Part shown: positions 40,009 to 52,412 of the stretch, one piece after another
Layout of the letters: every line of letters begins with the position of its first letter
Position numbering within the stretch: position 1 is the stretch's first letter
Assembly: GCA_002104905.1 (NCBI GenBank)
Contig: MCFE01000027.1
Coordinates: 165,761 to 229,760, forward strand
DNA from: Basidiobolus meristosporus CBS 931.73
Taxonomy: Eukaryota > Fungi > Basidiobolomycota
DNA length: 64,000 bases
Reading direction: 5' to 3'
The notes under the pieces: model-generated
What the model saw: only the letters and a program-made list of their open reading frames with translations
What the model was told of the DNA's origin: nothing
Database searches by the model: none
Program-made: the position numbers and the translations under genes

Positions 40009-40943
40009 TTGTTTATACGAAAGAAATGATGGAATGAAAAAATTCAACCTCGCTGTCAGCAAACGAATATAGGTGGGATGGTGATTGGACTTCTTTGTTC
40101 ATCATATGAATGCATAGTGTTAAAAGGCAGTCATATTTACAGTTGCCGCCAAATTAGTAATCCTGATGTTGATTCAATTAATGTTCAATAATTGTCTAAA
40201 TATCCAGTTTTCTTACGTCACCCGCGCCAATCCCACTTCGTTATCTTCAGAATATATACACATCATCAAAGAGCAAAACGCTCATGTTTTTCACAATGAA
40301 TGCTTCACTATTCTCCAGAGCCGTTCGCCCATTAAACTGGGGAAAGAGTGCCCTCAACGCAATTGATCCCGCATACATTTTGTCTCGAAAATGCTCCTGC
40401 TCCTGATGATACGGCGAGTCTTTCCCAATCTATGATAGAGGCACAAGAGCAAAATATATAATGGAGATCAACATTTACATGTTAAATAACTTGTGAATCC
40501 TCATAATATTGACAATACCTGCTATGTATTACATGATCGAGTGCCTAGCAATGAGTTACTTCAAGGTCAAAGCAATCGAGGCGGTGATAATAATAATTCC
40601 AATAGTCGAGTCATGTTGCTAGTATTGCTCTTCTCATGAATTTGCTGCCAAATAGTTTCCATCTGACTATTGGATGACTGATCTACTTTCTGCTTGATAA
40701 TGCATGCTGAGCCACCATTAGCTCTGCTAACCACGTTATTGGTTGAAGCACATGTGTTCCTTAGAATCTATTTTTAGAGAACGTGGAAGACAGTTGATCT
40801 CACTCTATCAGCATGACTAGTAAACAGTGTCTGATGAAAGTCACGACAACCTACAATTTTTCATTCACCAAGCCTATAAAAGCAAAAAGGTTCTCGTTGT
40901 TAGGGCAGTATCCAAGTAGCGTACATTTACCATTCTCATACCC

Positions 40944-42215
40944 ATGAGGCTAATTTCATCACTTACTTTAGCGGCGCTTGCCCTCACACTGCTAAGCTCC
41001 GGAAACACCATTGATGCATTGACTTCGGAAAACCTGCAGTACGCTGCTTGGAAGGGCAATAAAAGTGGTGCTAATCATCTAAAAAATAAGCCTATGGGAA
41101 GGGCTCCCCATAGGAGTGCTTTTCCTAGCCATGGCTTCCGCAGAATGTACAACGAAAGAAACACCGTAAAGTCGCCTCATGTCATTTCCTTGATTGATCA
41201 AAAGCCAACGTTTAACTCAGAGGCAGGTAGTATCACTGCGTTAACTGCTGACGATTTCCCAATACTGCAAAGGCTATCTATAAGGCGCCTAATTCTTAAG
41301 CCTCGTGCAGTACGCGAACCTCACTGGCATGCGAATGGTAACGAACTCGCTTACTGTTTAAGAGGAGAAGTTGTGGTTACAATATTTGAGAATAATAGCG
41401 TTTTCAGCACGTTCACAGTGGGTGCAGGCCAAATGTTTTATGCGCCCTCAGGGGCGTTGCATCACATTGAGAACGTTGGGGAAGAGGAGGCTGAGCTTAT
41501 TCTGTCGTTCACGCATGAGAGACCAGAGGACTTTGGAATATCTGGCGCGTTTGGAGCTATGTCGGATGCCGTTCTAGGCAACACCTATAGTCTCCCAGCT
41601 GATGCTTTCAAGCCACTACGCCGAAGCACCCAAGACACACATATAGGTCGACTACAGTCGCCTGCACCCATTACGACGGAGGAAAAATGGGAGAATCCAC
41701 ACAAATTCGATGTGGAAGCGATGTCGGCGCCAATCTCATCACCCGAAGGATCAGCCAAAACCGCTCGCAAACAGTTCTGGCCTATTTTGGATGATATCTC
41801 CATGTATTCGCTGCGAGTCACCGATAAGGGCATGCGCGAGCCCCACTGGCATCCAGTAACCGCAGAAATGGGCTACGTAGTCAAAGGTAATGCGAGGATG
41901 ACGATTATGAACCCCGGTGGAAGCTTGGACACTTACCTACTCAAGCCCGGTGATGTTTATTTCGTGCCTCGTGCGTATCCCCATCATATCGAGAATGTTG
42001 GCACCGACGATATTCATTTCCTAATCTTCTTCGATCAGAACACTCCAGGAGATATTGGGTACAGGGCATCAATTAGTGGATATTCTAGAGAAACACTGGC
42101 TGCTGCTTTCGGCACCGATGTCGGCAACTTGCCTGAATTACCATTCACTGCCAAAGATCCATTGCTAGTTGAGCGCATCAATCCTGTCGACCCAGTAGAC
42201 CAGAATACCAACTGA
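40944..42215 (+). CDS. Secreted bicupin, oxalate decarboxylase-like, intronless
   Basis: Signal peptide MRLISSLTLAALALTLLSSG; two Mn-type cupin motifs, REPHWHANGNE..HHIEN and REPHWHPVTAE..HHIEN. Confidence 0.85.
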   Translation: MRLISSLTLAALALTLLSSGNTIDALTSENLQYAAWKGNKSGANHLKNKPMGRAPHRSAFPSHGFRRMYNERNTVKSPHVISLIDQKPTFNSEAGSITALTADDFPILQRLSIRRLILKPRAVREPHWHANGNELAYCLRGEVVVTIFENNSVFSTFTVGAGQMFYAPSGALHHIENVGEEEAELILSFTHERPEDFGISGAFGAMSDAVLGNTYSLPADAFKPLRRSTQDTHIGRLQSPAPITTEEKWENPHKFDVEAMSAPISSPEGSAKTARKQFWPILDDISMYSLRVTDKGMREPHWHPVTAEMGYVVKGNARMTIMNPGGSLDTYLLKPGDVYFVPRAYPHHIENVGTDDIHFLIFFDQNTPGDIGYRASISGYSRETLAAAFGTDVGNLPELPFTAKDPLLVERINPVDPVDQNTN

Positions 42216-42821
42216 GCTCATATATTTGAACAAGTTCAAAAATTTTGGAATCTTTTCATTGCGTTTACAAGCTTCTACAGATAATATAAAAAACTTTATT
42301 TCAAGTTAATAGATGAACCCCCATTTTATTCTTATAAACATAAATCCCTTTGAACTAAGCTTTGCATACAGTGTAATAGATTAAAAGTAAAACCACTCCT
42401 ATAATCCGGGCAGTAGGACTACTAATCTGGAGCTTACAGTACAAATTGATGGCGCTTTGACCAGATAAGAAATATGTAGGATTAGTCTATTGTGTTATAA
42501 ATGAGTTCCCTAATTTATAGCATTGATTCGTTTTGCAAATAAATTATGGAAGTGTTGTATGCACCTTGCTCTTTCGGACTCGTGGTGATCATAAGGTATG
42601 CATAATGGCTGCAATCAGTTAGCAGTAGGTGGTTACATAATCACAAATCATGAAATTGTCTGTATGCTGAAATTTGTGGCATTATGCTCCTGGGAATATC
42701 CGACTAATCGCAAATTCAGAAACCATGGTATTCACTTTTCGGAAGAATCCCGTTCAACGCGAGAATCCTTTCCCCCTTTCGTGTGGCATATCCTGTCTGC
42801 TTTTGCGCAAGTGGTTCACTT

Positions 42822-43066
42822 ACTCTGGGCGGCAGCCGAGGAGGCAACATTGGCAGTCATGAGGTCTGAGCGTTGAAGTGCTTGGAGGTTGTCGGCCGGG
42901 AACTTGCAGAATACCACCTGGGTAATCTTTCCGATAGTGCCGAGGGGATTAATATCGGTTTCACCCGATGCCTGGAGGCCGATGAAAGCCAGAACAAAGG
43001 AAAGAATGATGGCGATCAAGCTCTGATAGAACGGAATGTGGAAGTATTCTCCCAATATGATGCAGG
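42822..43066 (-). pseudogene. 245-bp duplicated internal fragment of the OPT gene
   Basis: Matches 46985-47229 with 2 mismatches by eye. Confidence 0.9.
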
Positions 43067-43539
43067 CCAGAATAGCTGAATCGGGTACTTTTTAGCAAAA
43101 ACTACTATCAATCATCTTTTTTCGCAAAGTTACATGGATCGTATCGCAGGTTACTGGCTATGGAGGAATATCCTAGCCCTGAACACATCTTTTTTAGCTT
43201 GAGAGTTGTGGTTATGTTTTTGCTTTTGAATATTAAATACTCCATTCAGAGCCTTCAATCAACCTCAAATAACAGTTGGTACAGCTATTGAATAGCGTTT
43301 AATTAGAGCGGTGATAGGACCAAAGGGAAGCCAGGATGTTAGTAAAATTATTCATAGCATTACTAAACTAATATTGCATCATCAGCTCTTCAAAACAATA
43401 TCAGACACTTTAATATTCTAATTGTTAAAATCTCATCACAAGGTTCCAAATCAGTTGTAGCCTTCAGATTCTTTTATTCCATATATCTGTTGTGAGGACT
43501 TTAGAGATATGTAAGCGGTTGTGAGAGCTAGTGGATTAT

Positions 43540-44420
43540 GTGATATTTGTTGCAAGATTCTAGGGAGTATTGGAAGTGATTTGAAGAGGTAGAAGAATTG
43601 CATTATACTCATTCTTTTATTGAGTTAAATTAAAGTAGTCATACTTTTAGGGGAACTTGTAAAACTAATGATAAGAATGTTTTAAGGAAGGTACCAGGAA
43701 GCTGTGCGCAAAGTTGGGGGGCTTTTGGACAGGTCTGAGAATATTGGCAACTTCTGGGCCTTCACTAATTCTAAGAATTAGTTAGTATCTTGCAAACTGA
43801 ATCTTAAGTAAATAGTTCATAGAATCTCACGCTATAGGAATGGTCTATGTGTAAGCTCAATATTTACAACAACTTTTATTTCGTGTCTTATTGAATATCA
43901 AGAGTTTATTCGAACTTATACGATGTCTTGGGAAATATAAGGTGAATATGCCTAAAGGGCTCTATGAGCATGTATGCAAGGTTTGGGGCCTTCTGAATTA
44001 CGCCGAGAATCATTATACTTTGGGCACTGGCCATTGCGGAAAGAAGCATCCTTAGTAGATTTCAACAGATAATATGTTGTAAGAGTTTTGTAGATATGGG
44101 AAGTAATTGGGAGAACAAGTAGATTATGTGGTTCTTGCATAATTATTTACTGAATGTAAAAGTAAAATTTATACTTTCATATGGTCTTTTAAAAAAACAT
44201 GTATAATATGCTTAGAAAGATCCTAAGAACATGTGTGCAAAGTTTCAGGGTCTTTGGACATCTGTTAGACTTGTCGTATCCTGGGTACCTGATATTCTGG
44301 TAGAATACTCTGAGTAAATTCCGACAAAGAATTGAGCAAGATATTCTAAGCTTTATAGACTATGAACTAAGGTACCAAGTTAATGGAATATTTAGGAGTA
44401 ATTACAACATTTACAATATA
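43540..44420 (+). repeat. Degenerate copies of a ~300-350 bp repeat family (core AAGGTCCCAAGAGCATGTGCGCAAAGTTTGGGG-like)
   Basis: Copies at ~43540-43760, ~43925-43995 (partial) and ~44075-44420; shared GGGAGAACAAGTAGATTATG with the 49.9 kb and 51.1 kb copies. Confidence 0.75.
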
Positions 44421-45144
44421 ATAGAGGTAGGGGATCATAAAGCCCATAGACTAAGGAATGAGAATATATGGAGATAAATATAAAATTGAGAACATTTCAA
44501 AGGTGCTCATTTCATATTTCCTGATATTAACCAAACAACAAAAGGAGTGAGCTTGAATAAATAATGCAAGGGTAATCACTTATATTAGTAGGTCACTTGT
44601 AAGGGAATACTTGCGGTTCTATATTCTCAATGACCAAGTAGGGTAAGGTTCCATAGCCATATGAAATAACAGGGTCCACATATAAACTTGATTCTCCTTT
44701 TCCCAGCACTACTATATTATTTATTCCCAAAGTTCTGCCCTTGATAAAAAAAAGTCAATTCCATACTCATTTTCCAAATTTGACTTGCACCAACATTAGC
44801 CTCGACCGGAATAAATGTGCTGAACAACAATTATGGCGGTGGGACTGCTAAAGTCGGCTATTCCTGAGGCTCAGTACTCTAGCATATAATGGCACTGCTT
44901 AAATCTTCACAAAACATTTAGCCCCTCACTGCTGAAAAAGCTTTGCCTAATAAGATACAATTCTGATAATCATGGAAATGCCGCCGATTTCGTTTACTTT
45001 ATTTCATTCAATTAATCGAACCTACATATTTAAGAGCATCCGAAAATAGGTTGACCAAATCATAAACTAGATAAGATAAATATAAGATTAGCTTAGAGTA
45101 TTACAAACGAGTTGCCTAATCAATAGCATTCATCCATTTTACAA

Positions 45145-45404
45145 ATGCTTATGGAAATATATTATTACAAATGCTTATGGAAATATTGTAGATACCAAGA
45201 TGCATGTGTCTTACGCTTTTTGACTCGGGGTGGCTGCCTGGTGTATATACCAACAGGACATGCGCCAGTAGATGGTTACATAATCACAAATCATGGTGCT
45301 GCCCATATCCTGAAACTATTCGTTGCATCATGCGCCTGGGAATGTCTGTCATGGTGAGTAGCTGCGACAGACCGTGAATCCATCGTGAATCCATCGTGAA
45401 TCCG
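45145..45404. repeat. Short local tandem duplications
   Basis: CAAATGCTTATGGAAATA twice (~45141-45186); CGTGAATCCAT three times (~45374-45404). Confidence 0.7.
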
Positions 45405-46375
45405 TATAGAATCTAGAATTAAGGAGAATGATTTAGAGTTACACTTGCATCAAGGTAAAAAGAGATTTGTGAGAATAAGATTCATCTCTTTTTGGGCGAA
45501 TCCCAATTCTATCATCGTGGTCTCTTTCCGGGAAAATCCAACACCTGATTAGATTTAACGTGTTACATATACTGGATCACCATTCGTTCTGCTCGGTTTC
45601 CCATCTATTTTCCGAAAAGAGCAAACTGACACTCAACCCGTGACTTTTATCCAGTTGGAGTACGCATTCGGCTCACCAATCTCCTTCGAAGATGACTCAA
45701 TTTTCCATGTTTAGCCTGTTGCGCGACTGACAACAAGATCTTATCAGCGTCCAAGCCAGTCTCAAGAAGAGATGTTGAACAAAAGGCAGGAATTACTAAC
45801 AAGGAACAAACGGCAGGAATTAGTAACAAGGAGCAAAACGGGAAGCAGGATTTCGGATATAGACAATTAGATATATATTGACACTAATTAAATTGGTGTC
45901 ATAGCTGTGTTGCACCTGATGAAATTTCCATTTTTGTGGATTGATCTAATTCGAAATACCACACGCTGCGATATACTCCGTTTCTTCCGCACACGTGCCT
46001 GTATGCACTCATCACTATCAACCGGATATTCGCACAGCTTCCTAGAGGGTCATCAATTGCTTGTTCACACAACACGGTATTCCGTGAAGCTATCAATCGC
46101 CTGTTCCCATTTTTCACAAGACACTTCCCACTTGGCAAATGCGATAAAAATACGGTTGGTGCCGTTGAACCGATGATGGGGAAAGGTTGATCATCTTAAT
46201 GGCGATCCTTCTCATTGGTTTTCGAATCAGAATGACCTCTCCCATAATACCATATCTCATATTCAATCAAAATTACTTATTTTATTTACTATTAATATGT
46301 TCAGCAGATTCGCGCAAGTGATGCACAAGATAGGTGGGAATTGAGGGAAAGGAAAGGATAGATTATGCTGGTGAA

Positions 46376-48502
46376 TTAACAGCTAACAACACCAGCATCA
46401 TCGTATGGACATGCCCAGGTAACAGTGGAGCCTTCAATGGCGGCAACCTGGAAGACTGCCTGGAGGAGGCCGCCAATACCTACACCGGCGATGAGGCCAC
46501 CGGCGATAGCGTAGTTATAAGTCTCAACCTGCTTGGGGCGTAAGCGACCCCATACCTGGACAACAGTCCATCCGACGACCATAGCGATGGGTATTTCTGG
46601 AGAAGAATTGATGAAACCAATCCCAATGGCATTAAGGTTGGGCCAGTAAGCGTGGAAGCGTTCGGGGAGGTAGAATTTCTTGAAGATAACGTTAGCAACT
46701 GCAAGGACAGCTAGAATGGCGGCAGTGATGATGGATCCCTTGGGGACAAAGGCATTGGTGGTGAGAAGCTTGGTGACAGATTCCCAGGCCTTTACGGAAA
46801 CAAGAGAGAATTCACACTCTGTGTAAGAGTCATCGATGATGCATGGATAGGCCTTGGCGTAGAGAATGAAGAGAGGAACAGCAACGGCAACTGCAAACAC
46901 GGACCCAACACATTGAGCAAGGAACTGGGAGCGAGGTGAGGCGCCAAGTAGTTGCCCCGTCTTGAGATCTCCGACCATGTCCACACTCTGGGCGGCAGCC
47001 GAGGAGGCAACATTGGCAGTCATGAGGTCTGAGCGTTGAAGTGCTTGGAGGTTGTCGGCCGGGAACTTGCAGAATACCACCTGGGTAATCTTTCCGATAG
47101 TGCCGAGGGGATTAATATCGGTTTCACCCGATGCCTGGAGGCCGATGAAAGCCAAAACAAAGGAAAGAATGATGGCGATCAAGCTCTGATAGAACGGAAT
47201 GTGGAAGTATTCTCCCAATATGACGCAGGTCATAACAACTGAGACAAGGAGCCCACCACCCCACCAGAGTAATGGAACTTGTTCGTGAGGAGGGATGGGG
47301 TCCTTCGGGTCGAGCTCATGTACCATAGGTGCTGGCGCCTCGTATCCAGCACGAAGACGACCGCTAACGAGGTGCTGTGTCCGTTTGCCCACGACTTTGA
47401 TGCCTCGGACGAGCTCTCTGTAACCACCAGCAAAGCCACGGCCAATGGTTTTGTAGTGAATGCCAACTTCGGCGAAAGAGGAAAAGATCATGAGACCAAT
47501 GCCAGGCCAAAGGAACCAGGACTGGGCAGTGCCATTTCCGGGTTTGCTAAATCCGTAGGCTCCAAGGAGGTAGCCATTACTGACCATCAGAGGGCCGGCA
47601 ATTCCAAAGGCAATGAGTTGGCCAGCCAGGAAAGAGAAGACTGTGTTACCAGGAGTCATCATACCAGCGCCGAAGAAAGCCCAATCGATGTTAAAGGTCC
47701 AGTTCCAAGCGACATCGGCGTTCATCATTGCCGGATAATTGGCAGCCACTCCGATCCAGAAAAGAATGTGAATGGTGGAGAATACTGGAATCCAGTAGGC
47801 AATGACAGTGACAATAAATGCGATCATGAAAGCAATGGCCATGGCTGTAGCCTGTCTCTTTGCATCTCGCTCTCCTGTGATCGAGTCGTGAAGCTGCTTG
47901 ATAGTAGCGGCAGCAGCACGAGGAGTGGGAAAGGTAAGCTCTTGGTTGATGATAAAGTGCTTGCGTAGAGGAATCGCGAAAAAGAGGCCGTAAAATGCTG
48001 CAGCTAGAGTCCATAGAGTGAGGGCGGCAATATCATCGGCTGGGTTTTTGGACATGAGTCCTAAACGGTACATGGCGGGGACGCCAGAGACGAATCCAGA
48101 GGAGAGTCCGCCGGCGGTGGTGGCAGCTGACTGGGCTGAGCAGTTCTCCTTGGGGCCAAAATAACCACCACCGTACTTGGCGGGAAGGATAGAAGAGATG
48201 GGCCGTATGATGGCAAAGGAAAAGATTGCTCCGAAGAGGGAGGCACCGAATGTCCAGCCGATCTTGAGCCCAAGGTAGGTGTTGGATGCGGCAACCAGAC
48301 AGCCGAGTAGAGAACCAACAATGGAAGCGCGCCATGTGAACTGAAACTCCTCGAGGAGAGTATGGCCAATGGAAGAGTTAGGCTCACCCTTTTCTACATA
48401 GGTTTCTTGTGTATAAACCCCTTTTTCGTCCATACGGAGGGTGTTGTCATGCTTGGGTGTATCAATATCCTCATTGGGATGGCCAGTATGTGAGTTATCC
48501 AT
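46376..48502 (-). CDS. OPT-superfamily oligopeptide transporter (YSL-like branch), intronless
   Basis: FTWRASIVGSLLG..SNTYLGLKIGW, GPKENCSAQSAATTAG, LTFPTPRAAA, GETDINP, DMVGDLKTGQLLGASPR; ~14+ TM segments. Confidence 0.95.
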   Translation of the reverse strand: MDNSHTGHPNEDIDTPKHDNTLRMDEKGVYTQETYVEKGEPNSSIGHTLLEEFQFTWRASIVGSLLGCLVAASNTYLGLKIGWTFGASLFGAIFSFAIIRPISSILPAKYGGGYFGPKENCSAQSAATTAGGLSSGFVSGVPAMYRLGLMSKNPADDIAALTLWTLAAAFYGLFFAIPLRKHFIINQELTFPTPRAAAATIKQLHDSITGERDAKRQATAMAIAFMIAFIVTVIAYWIPVFSTIHILFWIGVAANYPAMMNADVAWNWTFNIDWAFFGAGMMTPGNTVFSFLAGQLIAFGIAGPLMVSNGYLLGAYGFSKPGNGTAQSWFLWPGIGLMIFSSFAEVGIHYKTIGRGFAGGYRELVRGIKVVGKRTQHLVSGRLRAGYEAPAPMVHELDPKDPIPPHEQVPLLWWGGGLLVSVVMTCVILGEYFHIPFYQSLIAIILSFVLAFIGLQASGETDINPLGTIGKITQVVFCKFPADNLQALQRSDLMTANVASSAAAQSVDMVGDLKTGQLLGASPRSQFLAQCVGSVFAVAVAVPLFILYAKAYPCIIDDSYTECEFSLVSVKAWESVTKLLTTNAFVPKGSIITAAILAVLAVANVIFKKFYLPERFHAYWPNLNAIGIGFINSSPEIPIAMVVGWTVVQVWGRLRPKQVETYNYAIAGGLIAGVGIGGLLQAVFQVAAIEGSTVTWACPYDDAGVVSC

Positions 48503-49894
48503 AAGATTAGTGCTGATCAATGGATGGCCAAAAAGAAAAGAATGGAGAGGATGTTGAGAAAGATATTGCTACGAGTTGCTAGACAGGAAGGCTGGAAACT
48601 CTTTATACATTTCCGAGTAGAGGTTTATCGCACTCCTATGGAATATCAGTTTTTCCTGCGCAATACAATCGTGGGAAAGGCCTCGCTACAGTAAAGATTA
48701 TGGAAGGATTGCCATCTACTACGTGACTGAACATCAATATGAACAAAATAGATTGCGATGGGATTTGTCACATGGCTCTAGAGAGGGTTGTGCTACCTAT
48801 CCATGAATATGCGGATGCGTCCCACCCAGATTTCCTTTTATGCTAGATGGATGTCCTAGGAAGGTGAGAAAGGCCATGGACCGCATTTTAACGAAGGGAA
48901 GCCTATCTTTGCTTTATTGGCCGTTCATCTGATTGCAAGACGTAATCGCCAATAAGAGAGCCTACTGCCGTGGTTTCAACAGCCACAATGCTACGCTGAG
49001 GGTGATTGGCGTTGCGGGACTTTGGCTGGAGGCGATAAAGATGTGTAGAGCATCGCTATGCATTGCTGATTGATTTATTAAGCACGAAGCTGGTATTCAT
49101 ATGTATGAGGTGTGGGTAATATTCCAGGATACCATAGTAGACCCTTGTGAAAATAGATGAAAATTTCGTTTGTCATTTTTGGTTAACTTACCTGGAATCT
49201 AACGTAATTTGAAACAAGTTGCTCAGATGTAAAATTGCAATTGTGTGACAGAATGCAACGATTTCTATGTTTTGAGCTATATATCTCATTCACAGAGTCA
49301 GCATTACTAAAATCTAATGTATGGTAGTGTACAATAATCCTATGACCATGTTGCTATGTTCTTGGTATTGTGCTCAAGAGCCTTGGAAATAAAAATTCCC
49401 CTTAAACTGCTTGGAGACAAAAAACCATTGGAAATACTAAATGATAAGGCGTATAACAATTGAAAGAGATTCAACATGTTCTCTAGGTGATTGAGTTAGG
49501 GGGCTATCTATAGAATGTAAGACTGCTCTCTAAGCAAGTGCTCATGCATTTTATCCCAATACTAACAATATTAGCTGGATTCTCTATATCTTTTAGATAT
49601 ACTAGACAGATAGTCAATGCAGCAAGTATATGAAAAATCTAGGTTACACCATAGCCTAAACGTTGTAAATGCTCTATAGCATTATTGCACATATTAAAGC
49701 TACAAAGGAACATAAATCAAATGAGATCTTGTTATACATCAGCATTTGGTTCTCCCTAGTCCTCAAATATCTTACTCCTAGATTAGATTGTATGATAATC
49801 AGCCTATATTCTGAGTTGTATCCAACAGTTGTTGATATGATCCCACCACATAATAATGACTTATTCTCCAAATCTACGAGAAGGTTAGTCTACA

Positions 49895-51225
49895 TTGTAA
49901 GAGTTTTGGAGATATTGAAAGTGATTGGGAGAACAAGTAGATTATGCGGTTTTCACTTCATGATTATTTGAATTTGAAGTAGTATGTATGCTTTTATATA
50001 GTCTTAGCAAGGTCCCAAGAGCATGTGCGCAAAGTTTGGGGCTATTTGGGCAATATTGGGATTTTCATGTTTTGAGTACCTGACGTTCTGATGAAAACAT
50101 TCCAAGTAAATCCCGACAAGAAATTTGGCCAGAATTCTCTAAGATTTCTATACTATGATCCAAGTGACCAAGTTAGGTGAATGTTAGATGCAATTACAAA
50201 ATTTATAGCAGTTTACACCAGCTCATTAGATAATGCGCAATGACATTCATGGATTCACTGTAAGCTTGGTCTTGCCACATATGGTGCTCTTTAGTTTCAA
50301 TGAATACAGTACTCTGACAGAAAAGGGAGGTACTATCTGACTTTATGTAGTTGACTTATGTGAGGAGGTCTTTGCCATATAATGTTTGCATCATGAACAT
50401 AATTTATTGTCTTACCAATACTATTATTGGTACCTTAGCTGGTATATTTAGTCATATGTGTATCTTTTGTAATTCTGTTTACTGCCACATATACTAGCTT
50501 TAGATCCAATTGGTCTTTTCTCAATGATCCAGGTCTGGCAATCTAAATATAATATATAATGGCTGCTCAAGTGCTCATTAAGCAAGACAATATTATCATA
50601 AGTTCTCTTAGCTTGCAGATTGAGCATCTCTTTCATCTTGCTATTTGTGGCCAAAGCATGATTGTGGATTCTGTTCTTATACCAACTTGTTTCACTATTA
50701 TAGTCTTGTAGATTTTAGTCCAAAAGTCTTAGTCAATATTACAATATTCTTTTGCCAAGATTCACATGAAATTTTTACAATAATTTTCAGTACAGAGGAT
50801 ATGATAATTCTGATAATTGCCCAACAGTCCATAAGCTTTGTGTTGTAAAGATTTGGAATTCCACCTAAACATTCACCTAACTTAGTCACTTGGATCATTA
50901 CCTACAAATCTTAGAGAATACAGACCAAATTCCTTGTAAGGATTTACTTGGAATATTTTCACCAAAATATTAAATACCCAGAGCATGAAAACTAGATAAG
51001 CTATCCAAACAACCCCAAACTTTGCATACATGTTCTTGGGACCTTCCTTAACCTAATCTATGTGTTTACTATGCCAAGACTATGTAATAGTATAAATACT
51101 ACTTTTACATTCAATATGTCATTAGGTGAAAACTTCATAATCTACTTGTTCTCCCAATCACTTCAAGTATTTCCAAGACTCTTACAGCACTTTGCACACC
51201 TGCTCTGGGGACCTTTCTAAGCATA
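49895..51225. mobile_element. Degenerate foldback/MITE-like element: ~320-bp inverted repeats (49895-50205 and 50865-51185) around a ~650-bp spacer
   Basis: Reverse complement of 50865-51185 aligns by eye along the length of 49895-50205 (e.g. GTGATTGGGAGAACAAGTAGATTATG, AAGGTCCCAAGA, TTCCAAGTAAATCC, ATGATCCAAGTGAC, AAGTTAGGTGAATGTT). Confidence 0.65.
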
Positions 51226-52412
51226 GTATATCTATATACTTTGCTAAGATCATGTAAACGTGTTTGTACAACTTTTTATTCCATAAATCATGAAGTGAAT
51301 CCAGATGATATACTTGTTCCACCAACAACTTCCAAATTATTGAAAGCTCTAGCCAAAGATACTGCTTCTTAGTGGCCTATGGGAATACTTGTAGCCAATA
51401 CTGCTTTTTCTGTGGCAGATCTGGAGTGACTTGGGATCGGAGATGAGTTTTATTGCAATGTGATTAACAAATGGAGATATATACTGTCATCTCCTTATCA
51501 CTTATTTTCTGGATAAAGATTACTCCTTCAGCTCAGCATGCTCATCCGCACATCTCAAAAAACTACAATGCACTGTGTGGTGCCATTCATTAAGAATATT
51601 ACCATACTACTTGACTAGAGTGTCGCCCTTAAAAGCTCCTAAAGGTTGCCATGCTCTAATGGGCTTTAAAAATTTGCGTTAATTATGACTACCACTTGCC
51701 AAGTTATTGTGAATATCAAGTTTTTGCCACATAGGTGAGCAACAGATTACAATATTTTGAGTAGTACTGCTGCTTAGAAGTGACAAAAGGAAGTATAGAG
51801 CTGGTGACAAAGCATGCAATGGCAGCGTGTCCCAATACAATAAAGTACTCACGAGAAAACCTACCAAAGGCTAACAGAGAGCCAGAATAATACCTTCAGA
51901 AATTCAATTTACTTGAAGTCACAATTTTCAATATCTATGGTTCTGCCTTCTTGGGGACCGGAAGATATTAGTCCTAGAAGGTGTAGTGCCTGATTAATTC
52001 TCAGGCCAATTACGGTAACGGTCAGCTCGCTGACTCCAGAAGTATTGTGCCTTGAACATTGACTGAAAAGGCTAGTAGAATGTTAGCAAAGCACCAGAAC
52101 AATACCATCAAAACATAAGCAGCATACTATATGAGTTCCAGGTTTGTTATTTTCCATAGGTATTTATTTAGCTCACCAAGATACAACGAAGTCTCCGTTG
52201 AATTTATTAAGTGTGATTAGAAAACGATTTCTTGATTGTTGTCCTGAAAATAGAATCATTTATCAGATCTTATTGAAAACAAAACATACTACAGAATTCC
52301 GAAACTACATGTAATTACGCTCTCCAAACAACAGGCCAACTAATGATATTGTCACGGAGACTACATTTTATGTGATAACTCAATGTTGATGCGGATATAA
52401 TACAAATATTTA

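Noticed and set aside
45899-46138. ORF with IDDPLGS resembling an ABC Walker B motif
   Set aside because: A single short motif with no Walker A or signature motif nearby
50448-51700. Possible hAT transposase remnants inside or near the inverted repeats
   Set aside because: Only vague word-level similarities in stop-riddled frames; cannot be supported without a search
52020-52080. Helitron-like 3' hairpin GTCAGC-TC-GCTGAC (similar CTGAG-G-CTCAG at ~44869)
   Set aside because: CTRR spacing and A/T insertion context do not fit, and no Rep/helicase is present
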